Origin: Octopus vulgaris
Taxonomy: Eukaryota
DNA length: 64,000 nt
Assembly (NCBI GenBank): GCA_951406725.2
Contig: OX597822.1
Coordinates: 10,044,001 to 10,108,000, forward strand
Reading direction: 5' to 3'
Program-made: the position numbers and the translations under genes
Notes under the pieces: generated by a model
Told to the model about the DNA's origin: nothing
Databases searched by the model: none
The model's input: only the letters and a program-made list of their open reading frames with translations
Part shown: positions 27,288 to 40,496 of the stretch, piece by piece
How positions within the stretch are numbered: the first letter of the stretch is position 1
How the letters are laid out: each line of letters opens with the position of its first letter

Positions 27288-27877
27288 ACGGTGTTTATAA
27301 ATAAACAGGATTACCAAGAAACTCATCATAAAACTAGGAACCATTGAATATGAATAGGTCTCACATGTTCCCTCTTTACTTATGTTTTAAAGTTCCTGTT
27401 CAAACTTTATCGTAAGTGGGAATTACTTTTTAAAAAATATATCAGACGGAATATCGTTAATTTACTTCCAAGTAAGGCAGCTGTGATAACATTATTTGAA
27501 GTACGATATAAGGACTTATGCGTGCACTCGTATATAAAGATACACACAAACGCATATGAAAAAAAAGTACATAAACATATATACAAATATTCTAACAGAC
27601 ATATATATATGTGCATGTATGTGTATGTGAGTATTTGTGTGTGTGTGAGCGCGTATATACCTATACGTGTTCGTGTACATATATGTGTGTGTATTTATGT
27701 GTATGTGTCTTTGCGTGTGAATATGGAAAGATAGATAGATATGCACACATAGACATAAATACATACATAGACATATCAACAACACCCTCATGTACAGACC
27801 CACGTATATATGTATGTGTGTGTACGGCTGTCTACATACATGTATTCATATATATATGTATGTATGCGTATATATAC

Positions 27878-27923
<46 letters not shown>

Positions 27924-27931
27924 ATATACAT

Positions 27932-27988
<57 letters not shown>

Positions 27989-28388
27989 AGTATGTACGGT
28001 TAAATGATTACGTATAAATGTATATATATATGTGCATGTGAGTATATATATATGTGCATGTGAGTGTGTATGTATATACATATGTATATATCTACACGTT
28101 TATATGTGTGTAAGCATTTATCCGTGTGTGTGCATGTGTGTGTGTGCGTGTGTGTTTGTGTCTGTGTGTCTGTGTGTCTCTGTGTGTGTGTGTTTGTGTA
28201 TGTGTATGTGTGTGTGTGTGTGTGCATACCATAATTGCAATATATATAATTACTGTATAATTATGCAATAACGTGAACGTTTTCCCAGAATTTCCAGCTA
28301 AATGGTAGATGGTACATACATTATGAAATGTTCCACTTTTTAAATATTTTGAATTATCGCTTTCATATGATGCCATATAGAGTGTGAG

Positions 28389-28428
<40 letters not shown>

Positions 28429-28614
28429 CATAAATATGTAAACATAACACACACATATATATATATATATATATACTTACGGCCCTACCCATGTATACTT
28501 TTGTATATATATATGTGTGTGTATAAGGTGCACACACTTCATTAAATTCATTTCAAATATATGCATAGATTATTAAAACACTGTGATTATTCCTTATTGT
28601 CAGCGAATATATTA

Positions 28615-28645
<31 letters not shown>

Positions 28646-28898
28646 TATATGTATGCGTGTGTGTGTGTGTGCATTTGTTTGTGTGTATGTGTTTGTCCCT
28701 TCCCCCCCAGCATCACTTGATAACCCATGCTGGTGTGTTTACGTCCCCGTAACTGAACGTTTCGGCAAAAGAGGTCGATAGAATAAGTCCTTGGGTCGAT
28801 TTGCTTGACTAAAGGCGGTGCTCCAGTATGACCACAGTCAAATGACTGAAATAATAAAAGAAAGAATAAAAGATAGAACACACACACACACATACACA

Positions 28899-28937
<39 letters not shown>

Positions 28938-29060
28938 ACACATATATATATATATATACATACATACATAGATATATATGTATGTATATATATATAATTT
29001 ATTTATTTATATATGTATATATCTATGTGTGTATATATATATATGCATGCATATATTTAC

Positions 29061-29091
<31 letters not shown>

Positions 29092-29161
29092 CATGCACAC
29101 AAACATACAAATACACACATAGACATACACTGCTCTCTTATCTATATATACACACGCACGC

Positions 29162-29202
<41 letters not shown>

Positions 29203-29419
29203 AGTTTGAGTGTATGTGTGTGTACTTGTGCGTGTGTGTTTGGGGGGAGTGTGTGTATGTGTGTGTATTATTGTTTGTGTACATATAGAGATATACTAAC
29301 TGCAGCCTTGGACTCTGTGCACAAAGCTAGAAGAAGGTCGAGCATGTAGGTGCCTCCTTACCTTTGTTTAAGAATAATATTTAAATATAATTTAGGTATC
29401 TTTTATTCTAAAGTGTATC

Positions 29420-31040
29420 GTAAAGCCGTAACACAATCAAGTGATGGAAACCCTTCAGCTCCGAATAACGTAGTTGCGGGACATTTGTAAACAAGCACGG
29501 TTTCCAAGCGTGAACGTGACCCTCTTCCATCAAATTGAATACTTTGGATTTGACTGAAAAAATAATCATATTTTTGACATAACACTGATTCGAACTAATG
29601 CCTCCTCAATAACTTCATAAAATTGCTGTTACTGTCCAGTTATTTGCTCATCGTGTAGAACTTTGCAAACAAAACACGGAACAAATGGAGCTTCACAACA
29701 CCATGCCCGCTACTTTACTGATGAACAACATCATTGAAACACGCGGAAAACACCGAAGCGAAATAATGAGACTACCTAATTCTAATAGAAAGGTGTTTGT
29801 ATCGGCACACTATATTTGCTGGCTTGCGTTACTCTTAAAAATCATTTGAAACAACTACCACTTCATTTCCAAATGGAGGTTAATTAAACCTTTCAGAAAG
29901 AAGTTGGGGCTAGTTAGCAAAGGGACTTCCAATTTTATCAAGCTCCATCAAAATGAGACGACGGCTTCTCAGTTACGTGCTATACAAATGATCACACTGT
30001 GAGTAGAGGTTTAAAAAAATAGCTTAAGGATCTTTAAGAAAGTTGACTTGAACATACCTACTATCACAAACTAACGACAATATATCTTTAGATGTAACAT
30101 AAGATTTAATTGTAAGGTAACATTATCCAATAGAAACAATATCCATCAACAAAAATTCCAATGGTTCGCCAAACCATAATTAAGTAGCTAGTATTTATTA
30201 TCATAAAGAAAATATCCAAACTGTTCTCGGAACACAGAATATGCTCCCTATTTTAACAAGGGCCAGTTAAAGGTGATTTCAGTATAGAGCTGTTTTACAC
30301 AGAACAACTCATCCAATCGTCACCAACTAAAAACTAGGAACAGTAGGGTAATCAAGCATAAGCAACTCATAATCTGGTTGTTACTAAGAATATAGACGGG
30401 AATTTCGTAACACTAGTATAGCATCACTTCCCACAAAAACGTAAATACTGTAAATATTTAAATGCACATAGCGTAAAGGGTATATATTCTAACCCGAACA
30501 ATAACGATATCCAGATCACTCGTAGTGCATCTTTAAGCAGAAACATCCGAAGCTGAATTGCAACTGTCGAAATTCATCTGCTTGTCCTCTCAAGGGATAT
30601 GTATTTTCAGAGGAATTGTATATCAAGAATCACTAAGATCTTAGGTCATCGAATGCAGTTACATAGTAGTTTACTACCAGCTCTTTCAAAAATCGCTTCA
30701 TTCAACTCTTTTGCCCTTTCGAGTCAATGGGTAATTCAAATTCCATGTGCTTGTTCATCTCGAATTACTGGAACCAGGGATCCAACAACATGGTACACTA
30801 TCACAATTACTACCTTCTATTCCAAAGGATTGGCACCACACTGTTGGCATCCTACGCATCAGTTTCATATACTGAAGCAGCCAGCCACAACTCCAAACGG
30901 AGGTTCAAAATTTTATCAGACTGTCGCCGGCAAAGGATATCGTTTCGAAAATTTACAAGTTTAAACCTGTCAAGCTAAACTAAACTAGTTTGTAGCTATC
31001 ACTATCAAATGAGAAACCAGGAATATTTTACTTGGTTACT
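29420..31040 (+). mobile_element. Heavily decayed Penelope-like retroelement (RT + GIY-YIG)
   Basis: Collinear broken motifs: VTLKNH, WRLIKPFRKKLGLVSK, DDG, LDVT, NKNSN, IIK*L, LIIW, HHFP, KYLNAHSVKGIYS, CNCRNSSACPLKG, GIVYQ, TTSSFKNRF; central RT appears deleted. Confidence 0.8.
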
Positions 31041-31249
31041 GATTACAGATGCCATCAGGATAGTCTCCCTTATATAACAGGAGACCAGTTTGCTTTCACC
31101 GGTTCTGCCACGGTTTCAAGCAAACAGCCAACAGTGACCAATAAAAATCAACTTTCTCGTGTTCTGAGGCTATGACGTTGCCAGACAACATATTGTTCAC
31201 GTAATTCTCTACAGAATTCACGTGTGGATTTACAAAGGAATGTATAATT

Positions 31250-31455
31250 CTTTTCTACTCTAGGCACAAGGCCCGAAATTTTGGGAGTGGGGCCAGTCAA
31301 TTAGATCGACCCCGGTATGCAACTGGTACTTAATTTTTCGACCCCGAAAGGCAAAGTCGACTTCGGCGGAATAAGAACCCTGAACGTAAAGACAGACGAA
31401 ATACCGCTAAGCGTTTCGCTCGGTGGGCTCACGTTTCTGCCAGCTCACCGCCGCC
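31250..31455 (-). mobile_element. SINE type 2
   Basis: Reverse complement of head, core and tail ending GTGCCTAGAGTAGAAAAG. Confidence 0.85.
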
Positions 31456-31469
31456 TTTGAATAATTAAA

Positions 31470-31735
31470 TGTTGTCATATTTCGGGATGGTCATTTTTTT
31501 CTTGCCAAATAAACACGTGCATTATATATTCGTTGTCCTCCACTCGTTTATTAATGTTCTTATTTCATCTTATGTCCATTGTCTGGCTATCTTTTGTCAC
31601 ACATCTGTGACCTCTTCAGTGACTCTTCCATGCTCAATGTTTCCTCCTGTATCTAAAAAGATGACCATCATAAAATATAACAATATCCGTTTTAACACAT
31701 GATTTCACATCAGGAATCTTACAAAACAAATTCAT
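31470..31735 (-). mobile_element. Short element family H3 (inverted arms around a decayed hammerhead)
   Basis: Minus strand gtca-CTGAAGA-g-gtcaca-gatg-tgtgac-AAAA; flanks homologous to 42785-43070. Confidence 0.6.
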
Positions 31736-31965
31736 AAAAATAATAAAATAATAATCATAAAATCTATACACAGAAACACAAACATATACACTTATATACA
31801 CTTACATATGCCAAATCTACTCACAAGGCTTTGATCGGCTCGAAGCTATAGTAGAAGACACTTGCCCAAGGTGGTATATAGTGGGACTGAATCCGGAACC
31901 ATGTGGTTGGGAAGTAAGCTTCTTACCACAGAGCAACACCTGGTCTATATATTTATGTGTGTGCG

Positions 31966-32188
<223 letters not shown>

Positions 32189-32190
32189 GT

Positions 32191-32440
32191 GGAGGCGCAA
32201 TGGCCCAGTGGTTAGGGTAGCGGACTCGCGGTCGTACGATCGCGGTTTCGATTCCCAGGCCGGGCGTTCTGAGTGTTCATTGAGCGAAAACACCTGAAAG
32301 CTCCACGAGGCTCCGGCAGAGGGTGGTGATCCCTGCTGTACTCTTTCATCACTCTTTCTCTCTCTTTCTTCTGTTGGTCTGCTCGCTTAGCCAGCGGGGT
32401 GGCGTCATTCAAAGCTAAAACAATGCGAACGCATTGTGAC
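32191..32440 (+). mobile_element. SINE type 3 (tail B), 3'-truncated at TGTGACC
   Basis: Collinear with 33722-34036 up to GCATTGTGACC. Confidence 0.9.
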
Positions 32441-32636
32441 CGCGGCGTGTGTACCTTTGGCGATTTTTTTTTTCTTCCGTTCTCTGGATCTTTCCTTTTC
32501 CTATGTTTCTGACGAAGAGCTCCGCTCGAAACGTTAAACCCTCCTTCTTCCCTTCCTTCCTGAGCGTCCAATAATACTATATTTGTTCCACGTCCTCGCG
32601 TTGTTGTGTTTTCTCTCTGTGTTTTCATGTTTGGAT

Positions 32637-32640
<4 letters not shown>
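32435..32640 (+). mobile_element. Short hammerhead-bearing element family H2
   Basis: Starts GTGACCGCG, ends GGATTAAC-(TA)n; second copy at 63417-63613 on the minus strand. Confidence 0.8.
32505..32539 (+). ncRNA. Minimal type I hammerhead ribozyme motif
   Basis: gttt-CTGACGA-a-gagc-tcc-gctc-GAAA-C-GTT-aaac: complete core, stems I and II, palindromic stem III. Confidence 0.78.
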
Positions 32641-32711
<71 letters not shown>

Positions 32712-32808
32712 CTCTAATTCATATTTTATATATTTATACTGTGAAATTTGATTTAATACTAAATTGAATTTTTCCCTGTAAGTTTGGAGCTATAATCCCT
32801 ATTATTAT

Positions 32809-32882
<74 letters not shown>

Positions 32883-32941
32883 TTAGACTTGGCCTGGGCC
32901 TATACTGACCCCGAAGCCTCTCAACATATATATATATTTAT

Positions 32942-32991
<50 letters not shown>

Positions 32992-33644
32992 ATTGCCAAC
33001 GTAAAGTGGCAGTCCTGATTAGGACGGTATTACTACCTTTTTTTTTAGCCCCAGGAAAATGTCTTTTCCAGTTGGCTATCGACGAAAAACTGCAAACAAG
33101 GGAGCTAATATCCCCACTTGGCGTTAAACGGTACCTGCGGGCCAATGGTTCCTACCACTCCACAACAGATGTTGGCGTGATTAACTTAACGGTTCGGTAA
33201 AAGACACCGATGGAATAAGTACCAGACTTTAAAAATAAGTCCTAGTTTTCTGTGCATTTATTTGAACTATACACATACATACATATATACATTCATACAT
33301 ACATACATACATGCATACATACACACACACATACATACATACATACATACATACATACATACATACATACATACATACATACATGCATGCATATATATGT
33401 ATATGTATATATATATATATGAGTGTGTGTGTTGTTAATGTCATAAGAGTTTTGTAACTTTCGAGAGAACGTGAAATAAATCTTTTTGGGAATATCGGAT
33501 CTCGAAATCTAAAACAGTCTTAGACTTTCTCTATCCCAAAGGATTTTTCAGTAATGTATGTACGTTCTACTATTTATAGGTTTATGTTACGTGCTTCGAG
33601 ATTCAATGTTCCAAAACATGAATATACGTGCACACACATACACA

Positions 33645-33712
<68 letters not shown>

Positions 33713-33721
33713 TGTGTGTGC

Positions 33722-34036
33722 GGAGGCGCAATGGCTCAGTGGTTAAGGTAGCTGACTCGCGGTCGTAGGATCGTAGTTTCGATTCCCAGACCAGGCGTTT
33801 TGAGTGTTTATTGAGCGAAAACACCAAAAGCTCCACGAGGCTCCGGCTGGGGCGGGGGTGGGTGGGGTTTGGCGATCCCTACTGTACTCTTTCACCACAA
33901 ATTTCTCTCACTCTTTCTTCTGTTGGCCTGCCCGCTTAGCCAGCGGGGTGGCGTCATTTGAAGGCTAAAACAATGCGAAGCGCATTGTGACCAGCGATGT
34001 GTAACAACATCTGATAGCCTGGTCGGTCACAGTGAC
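33722..34036 (+). mobile_element. SINE type 3 with tail variant B
   Basis: Same head and middle as 2437-2759 but a different 3' third. Confidence 0.9.
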
Positions 34037-34639
34037 GGATATATATATATATATATATAAGTTAGACATGGCTTGGGCCTATACTGGCTGAAACCTATCA
34101 AAGCTATATATGTATGTATGTATGTATGTATATATGTATGAATGTATATATAATGGGAAAAAATTAGATATAGATGTCTGAGCGAGAAATGAGTAGTAAC
34201 AGTACTACAGAGTAAAGTCTGTCTGCAAACGCAATGTTGCAGCCCTGATTAGGACGGTGTTACTTTCTTTTTTTAGACCCAGATTACTATTTATTTCTCG
34301 CTCAGATATTTAAAACTTATTGTTTACTCCTTGCGAGATCTGTGACTTTGTGTCATTTTTAATACTATATACTTCGAACAAGTCGTAGTGCATCCACCTC
34401 TAACCAACATTTATCCTCTGATGATGAAGTGAAATAACACAGAAACCATTAGTTCGCAGGTACCGTTTAACGCTGAATGGGGACATTAGCTCCCTTGTTC
34501 GACGTAAAAGTATGCAGCTGTGCGTCAATAGCCAACTGGAAAAGAAGTTTTCCTGGAGTTGTAGTATTACTGTCCTAATCAAGACTGCCACTTTACGTTG
34601 GCAAATAGACTTCTCTCTCCCTCTCTCTCGCTCTTTCTC

Positions 34640-34688
<49 letters not shown>

Positions 34689-34748
34689 TATACATATATA
34701 TATATACATATATATATAGAATATATATATATATATATACACATATGC

Positions 34749-34782
<34 letters not shown>

Positions 34783-34813
34783 ATATATATACACACACAT
34801 ACGTACGTACATA

Positions 34814-35659
34814 CGTGCCATTGGTAAATTGTCGCCATCTTATATTTTTAATTTCGTGCATGCACATTGTTTTTGATTTTGTCGACTAACCAGTATAATG
34901 GGTTCAGTTTGGCACCGTCTGTGAGGAAAACAGCACCATGACGCAATTCACTCTGCCAGAAATTTGGAAGCGACATGCTGTACTGCTCGGCATTTCAGAA
35001 TGTCCGGGTGTCAATGTGAGGTCAGTGCAATCTGAGGACAGAGTGATAAAAATGAAACATTCGGTTAACATCATGGTTTTTGAAGTGAACACCGGTAATG
35101 GTGCTCTTATGCCTCCGTTCAACTTTCCACACGGACTCAGACTCAACAGGGAGGCCTACGTCTTGTGCCTGGAGGTGGTAGTGCTGTCTTGGTGAAGAGA
35201 ATGGCTGCCAGCAGACCCTGAATCTGCCAACAAGACTCCTTACCGTGCCACACAAGCAGGAGAACTCAGTCATGGCTATCAGACAATTTCTGCGACCACA
35301 TCCCCCTTAACATCTGGCCACCTAACTCCCCAGACTGCAACCCCCCTTCATAATTATGTATCGGACGCAGTTGAGAACAGACCAACAAAACTCATTGTAA
35401 CACCAAAGATGAACTGAAGGTAAGGATTCTGACAACATTCACCAGCTTAATCAAGGAAACCGTCCAGAAGAGTTGCAGGAGATTTCGAAGTTGTCTGGAG
35501 GCCGTGGTTGAAGTAAATGGCGATTTTATTGAATAAATTTACGCTTTAGTATTTCAAGATATTTTTATGTAATTTTGGTAAATACGTCTATTAAAATGAG
35601 ATGCTTGTGTTATTTTCAGTTTTGCGTAATTTTGACGACAGTTTTTTCACCGCACCATG
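34814..35659 (+). mobile_element. Internally deleted Tc1/mariner element, maT (DD37D)-like
   Basis: TA-flanked degenerate TIRs; motifs MVFEV, LEVVVLSW, QQDS..CHTSRRTQSWLSDNFCDH..NIWPPNSPDCNP, LEAVVEVNGDFIE; D-to-D spacing of about 37 inferred across frameshifts. Confidence 0.8.
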
Positions 35660-35869
35660 TATATGCATGTATGTATGTATGTATGTATGTATGTATGTAT
35701 GTATGTATGTATGTATGTATGTATGTATGTATGTATGTATGTATGTATGTATGTATGTATGTATGTATATATACGCACACATATACATGCTAGAGGTGGT
35801 GGTGAGGATGATGATGATAGCGGTGATAGGAGGGATAAGGGGGGCATGGGGTGGTAGTGGATATGTTCG

Positions 35870-35916
<47 letters not shown>

Positions 35917-35924
35917 ATGAGACA

Positions 35925-35972
35925 TACACAGGTACTTACACAGGTACTTACACAGGTACTTACAGAGGTACT
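35925..35972. repeat. 12-bp minisatellite (TACACAGGTACT) x4
   Basis: Directly visible; a 29-bp doublet containing GTGTACTTTAGAGTCCC follows at ~36053-36110. Confidence 0.9.
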
Positions 35973-36524
35973 TATACACACAAATTCAATATACATAACA
36001 CCTGGTAGATTTATACGAATAGGAGATACAACCAACCGAAATGTACTCAGTGGTGTACTTTAGAGTCCCATGTAGACCGATGTGTACTTTAGAGTCCCCT
36101 ATAGATCTGCGACAAGGAGGCACAGAGATTTCGGGGAGGTGGTGGATAAGTATAGTGATAAGTATAGTTGTTGTAGAGGAAGTATTGGAGGTAGTTGTGA
36201 TGGTAGTGATGGAAGTGGTAATGGTGTAAAGGTGGCAGCAGCGGCGGCGGCGGTAATAGTGGTGGTAGTGATAGGATATTACTATTAGTACTGGTGGTTG
36301 TAATGGTGGGTGATGCTAGTATTAGTTATGCTTGTTATGATGGTTGTGATGGTTGTGATATTTTCGATGGTGTGATGGCTGCTTTGGTAGTGGCATTGAA
36401 TACGTCATGTGCTAAACCCTTTTATTTAAATTGTTTGGTCAATGAGATTAAATTGGGAACAAGGCGGGGCTGTCTGAACAGACTTGAAACACACATAAAT
36501 ACAGCGTCAGACAGACACACACAC

Positions 36525-36619
<95 letters not shown>

Positions 36620-36734
36620 GACACACACAGACATACGCACACACACACACTCATGCATTCACACATTCAAGTGTGAACACATTTGTTGATTGTATACGTG
36701 TGTTGAATGTATACGTCTGTATACACGCGCGCGT

Positions 36735-36782
<48 letters not shown>

Positions 36783-37754
36783 AGAGTTACATATATATCT
36801 ATGTCCATACATGTAAATAGTTGTACAAGCATACACGCATGCGTACAAAGACTCTCGTACAACTAAATACTCGCAAATTCATGCAAGCACATACATTCAC
36901 ATACACACATGCACATACGCACACATACACGAACGGGCACACATACACACGCACACACATACCCTCAGCCCAGGTACGGACATCGCCTTTTGCACCCGTG
37001 TGGTATAGAATTACCAGTTATGATAATGATGGTGGTGGAGTTGTTGGTTTTGGTACAAGTCAGCTCGCCCGGGGGGTGGGGCTGGCTTCGATGTGTTGAG
37101 GATGATGACGGTAGCGGTGATAGGAGGGATAAGGGGGTGTTGGGGTTGTAGTGGATATAACGGCAATGGCGAAAGTTTCTGGCGGTGATAGGTGCATTCA
37201 AGATGTTTTTGAGATCATGCGGGTTCAACAAAAGTTGGCACACAACTGCTTCCTTCCCAAAACGAGTTGTGCTTTGTTTAATCTGTCTACGCTCACCATT
37301 GCATCAGTCTTCTTCCACACCTCCCATACCCAGCATGATCTTACAGCAACTTATAAATACACTTATATAGAGAACGTATTACTTCGTATGCTGTATGGCG
37401 TGTTACGTAATTATTCATCGAACACTTATCGCCAAAGTTATCAATTGGTGGTTTAGAATAAATATATGAAAAATAATTTTGCTGTTTTTCTGGAGGGCCA
37501 TTATGACAATAATGAACAATAATAAACCAATAATACGCATGCGCACTAGTTTTATTTCACTTCTTAATTTTTATTCGCCGGCTGGTTAACTATTTAACCA
37601 ATTAAATAATCGATTATTTGATTAACAGTTCTGCCAGTCAATCAGTCAGCCAGGTTAGTCAAAGTTCTTTCGTCGGCCATTCATGATCTCATCAATGACA
37701 TGCCTCTCCACACTAGATCTGTTTCAGAAGTGAATTACAACCAGTGCGTGCGTG

Positions 37755-37817
<63 letters not shown>

Positions 37818-38012
37818 GTGTTTAAGAATAATACATCAGGTTTTAATAGTAGATCACAACGTTTGTTTCTGCACTTGACACCAGCTTTAAGTTGCTGAGT
37901 TTGTATTGATATGCAATTACAGAATGTCGTTCTTTATAACAATTTTGTACATGAATGTCTCATCTGGCGGAATACAATGAATTCATGTTGAATTTTTCTG
38001 TATACTCTGGGT

Positions 38013-39722
38013 ATACTCTTTACTCTTTTCTCGGTCATTTGACTGCGACCATGCTGGAGCACCGCCTTTAATCGAGCAAATCGACTCCGGGAATTATTCT
38101 TTTGCAAGCCCAGTACTTATTCTATCGGTCTCTTTTACCGAACCGCTAAGCGACGGAGACATAAACACACCAGCATAGGGGGACAAACACACATACACAC
38201 ACACATATATATATACGACAGGCTTCTTTCAGTTTCCCTCTACCAAATCCACTCACAAGGCATTGGTCGGCCCGGGGCTATAGCAGAAGACACTTGCCCA
38301 AGATGCCACGCAGTGGGACTGAACCCGGAACCATGTGGTTGGTAAACAACTTACTTACCACACAGCCACTCCTGCGCCTGTACATACGATGTACATTATT
38401 TTCAAATAATCAAATTATCAGAATCCGGGGGACACAAGCATAAACATATAACTAATATTACAATAATACCATCAACAACAATAACTGTAACGGAATCAGG
38501 GAGATACTCATAGAATCGATTAAAAAGAAAAGAAATACCAATTATAACCTTATTTGAAAGATGGTGGTAGTTAAATGAAAAATATTTTTTCTTATTTTAT
38601 CCAGAGTATTCAGAAAACTCCAGCAATCTATTGAATTCCACCCGACAAAGCGCCCAGACACGGCTGTTGCTGAAATGGCTGTGTGGTAAGGAGCTTGCTT
38701 CTCAATCACATGGTTCCGGGTTCAGTCCCACTGCTTGACACCTTGGGCAAGTATCTTCTACTATAGCTTTGGGCAGACCAAAATCTTGTGAGTGGATTTG
38801 GTAGATGGAAACTGAAACAAGTCTGTAGTGTGTGTGTGTGTATCTGTGTATCTGTGCTTGTCCCACTCACTACTGCTTGACAACAGGTGGTGGTGTGTTT
38901 ACATCCCTGTAACCTTAATGATTACTGGGGTCGACCAAAGCCTTGAGAGTGGATTCGATAGACGGAAACTCAAAGCACGTCGCATGTATGTATGTATGTA
39001 TGTATGTATGTATGTATGTATGTATGTATGTATGTATGTATGTATGTATGTATGTATGTATGTATGTATGTATGTATGTATGTATGTATGTATGTATGTA
39101 TGTATGTATGTATGTATGTATGTATGTATGTATGTATGTATGTATGTATGTATGTACACACACGTGTGTGTTTATATCTGTGTTTGTCTTTCACCACCGC
39201 TTGACAACCGGTGCTGGTGTGTTTACGTTCCCGTAACTTAGCGGTTGGGTAAAAGAGATCGATAGAATAAGTTCCTGACTTTTAAGAAATAAGTGCTGGG
39301 TTCGATATATTCGACTAAAAAAATCCTAAAGCCTGCTACTTCTTCTATCGTTCCCTTTTTGCCGAACCGCTAAGTTACGGGACAGTACACCAAAGATTAC
39401 CAAGTAGCGGTTGGAGACAAACGAAGACACGAAGAAACACAAACACACACACACACGCGCGCGCACGCACGCACGAATGCGCACACACACATAAATAGAT
39501 ACATACATGTATATTTCTATATATTAGTGCATAAGATTTTATAGACGGATAGAAATACACTATGTGGATTTATTAAGTGCTAGAAAGAGCATGTAAGATA
39601 TTCACATAGTGGATTTTTATCCATGTATGAAATCTTATGCACTATTTATATCTTCTGACTTTTAATTACGGATGCTGACCACAGGTAAAAGATTATTATT
39701 ATTTTTTAAAATAATTATTACC

Positions 39723-39767
<45 letters not shown>

Positions 39768-39927
39768 CACGATGGGCGTTATTCAGCTACCGAGTCCAGT
39801 CACTGACTGGCTCTGATCGACCTGCGGTTGTAGTAGAAGACAACTGCCCAATGCGCACCGAAGTGGGAATGAACTTATAACCATGTGGTCGCGAGGCAAA
39901 CGTTTTACTATAGTCACGCTTGCGCCT

Positions 39928-39979
<52 letters not shown>

Positions 39980-40443
39980 GATATATGTGTGTGTGTGTGT
40001 GTATGGAAATTGAATATATATATATATATTCATATAGGCGCAGGAGTGGCTGTGTGGTAAGTAGCTTGTTTACCAACCACATGGTTCCGGGTTCAGTCCC
40101 ACTGCGTGGCACCTTGGGCAAGTGTCTTCTACCATAACCTCGGGCCGGCCAAAGCCTTGTGAGTGGATTTGGTAGACGGAATTCTAAAGAAGCCCGTCGT
40201 ATATATGTATATGTGTGTGTGTGTGTGTTTGTGTGTCTGTGTTTGTCCCCCTAGCATTGCTTGACAACCGATGCTGGTGTGTTTACGTCCCCGTTACTTA
40301 GCGGTTCAGCAAAAGCGACGATAGAATAAGTACTGGGCTTACAAAAGAATAAGTCCCGGGGTCGAGTTGCTCGATTAAAGGCGGTGCTCCAGCATGGCCG
40401 CAGTCAAATGACTGAAACAAGTAAAAGAGTAAAGAGTAAAGAG
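38013..40443. mobile_element. Cluster of type 1 SINEs: 38013-38379 (-), 38675-39320 (+, rearranged, with ~170-bp (TATG)n), 39335-39440 (-), 39770-39927 (-), 40037-40443 (+)
   Basis: Each segment aligns by eye to the type 1 consensus. Confidence 0.85.
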
Positions 40444-40455
40444 TATATACATATA

Positions 40456-40496
<41 letters not shown>

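Noticed and set aside
30599-30978. Helitron Rep-like fragment or host ORF
   Set aside because: Surrounding motifs fit a Penelope GIY-YIG region better; the listed ORFs are frame fragments of it.
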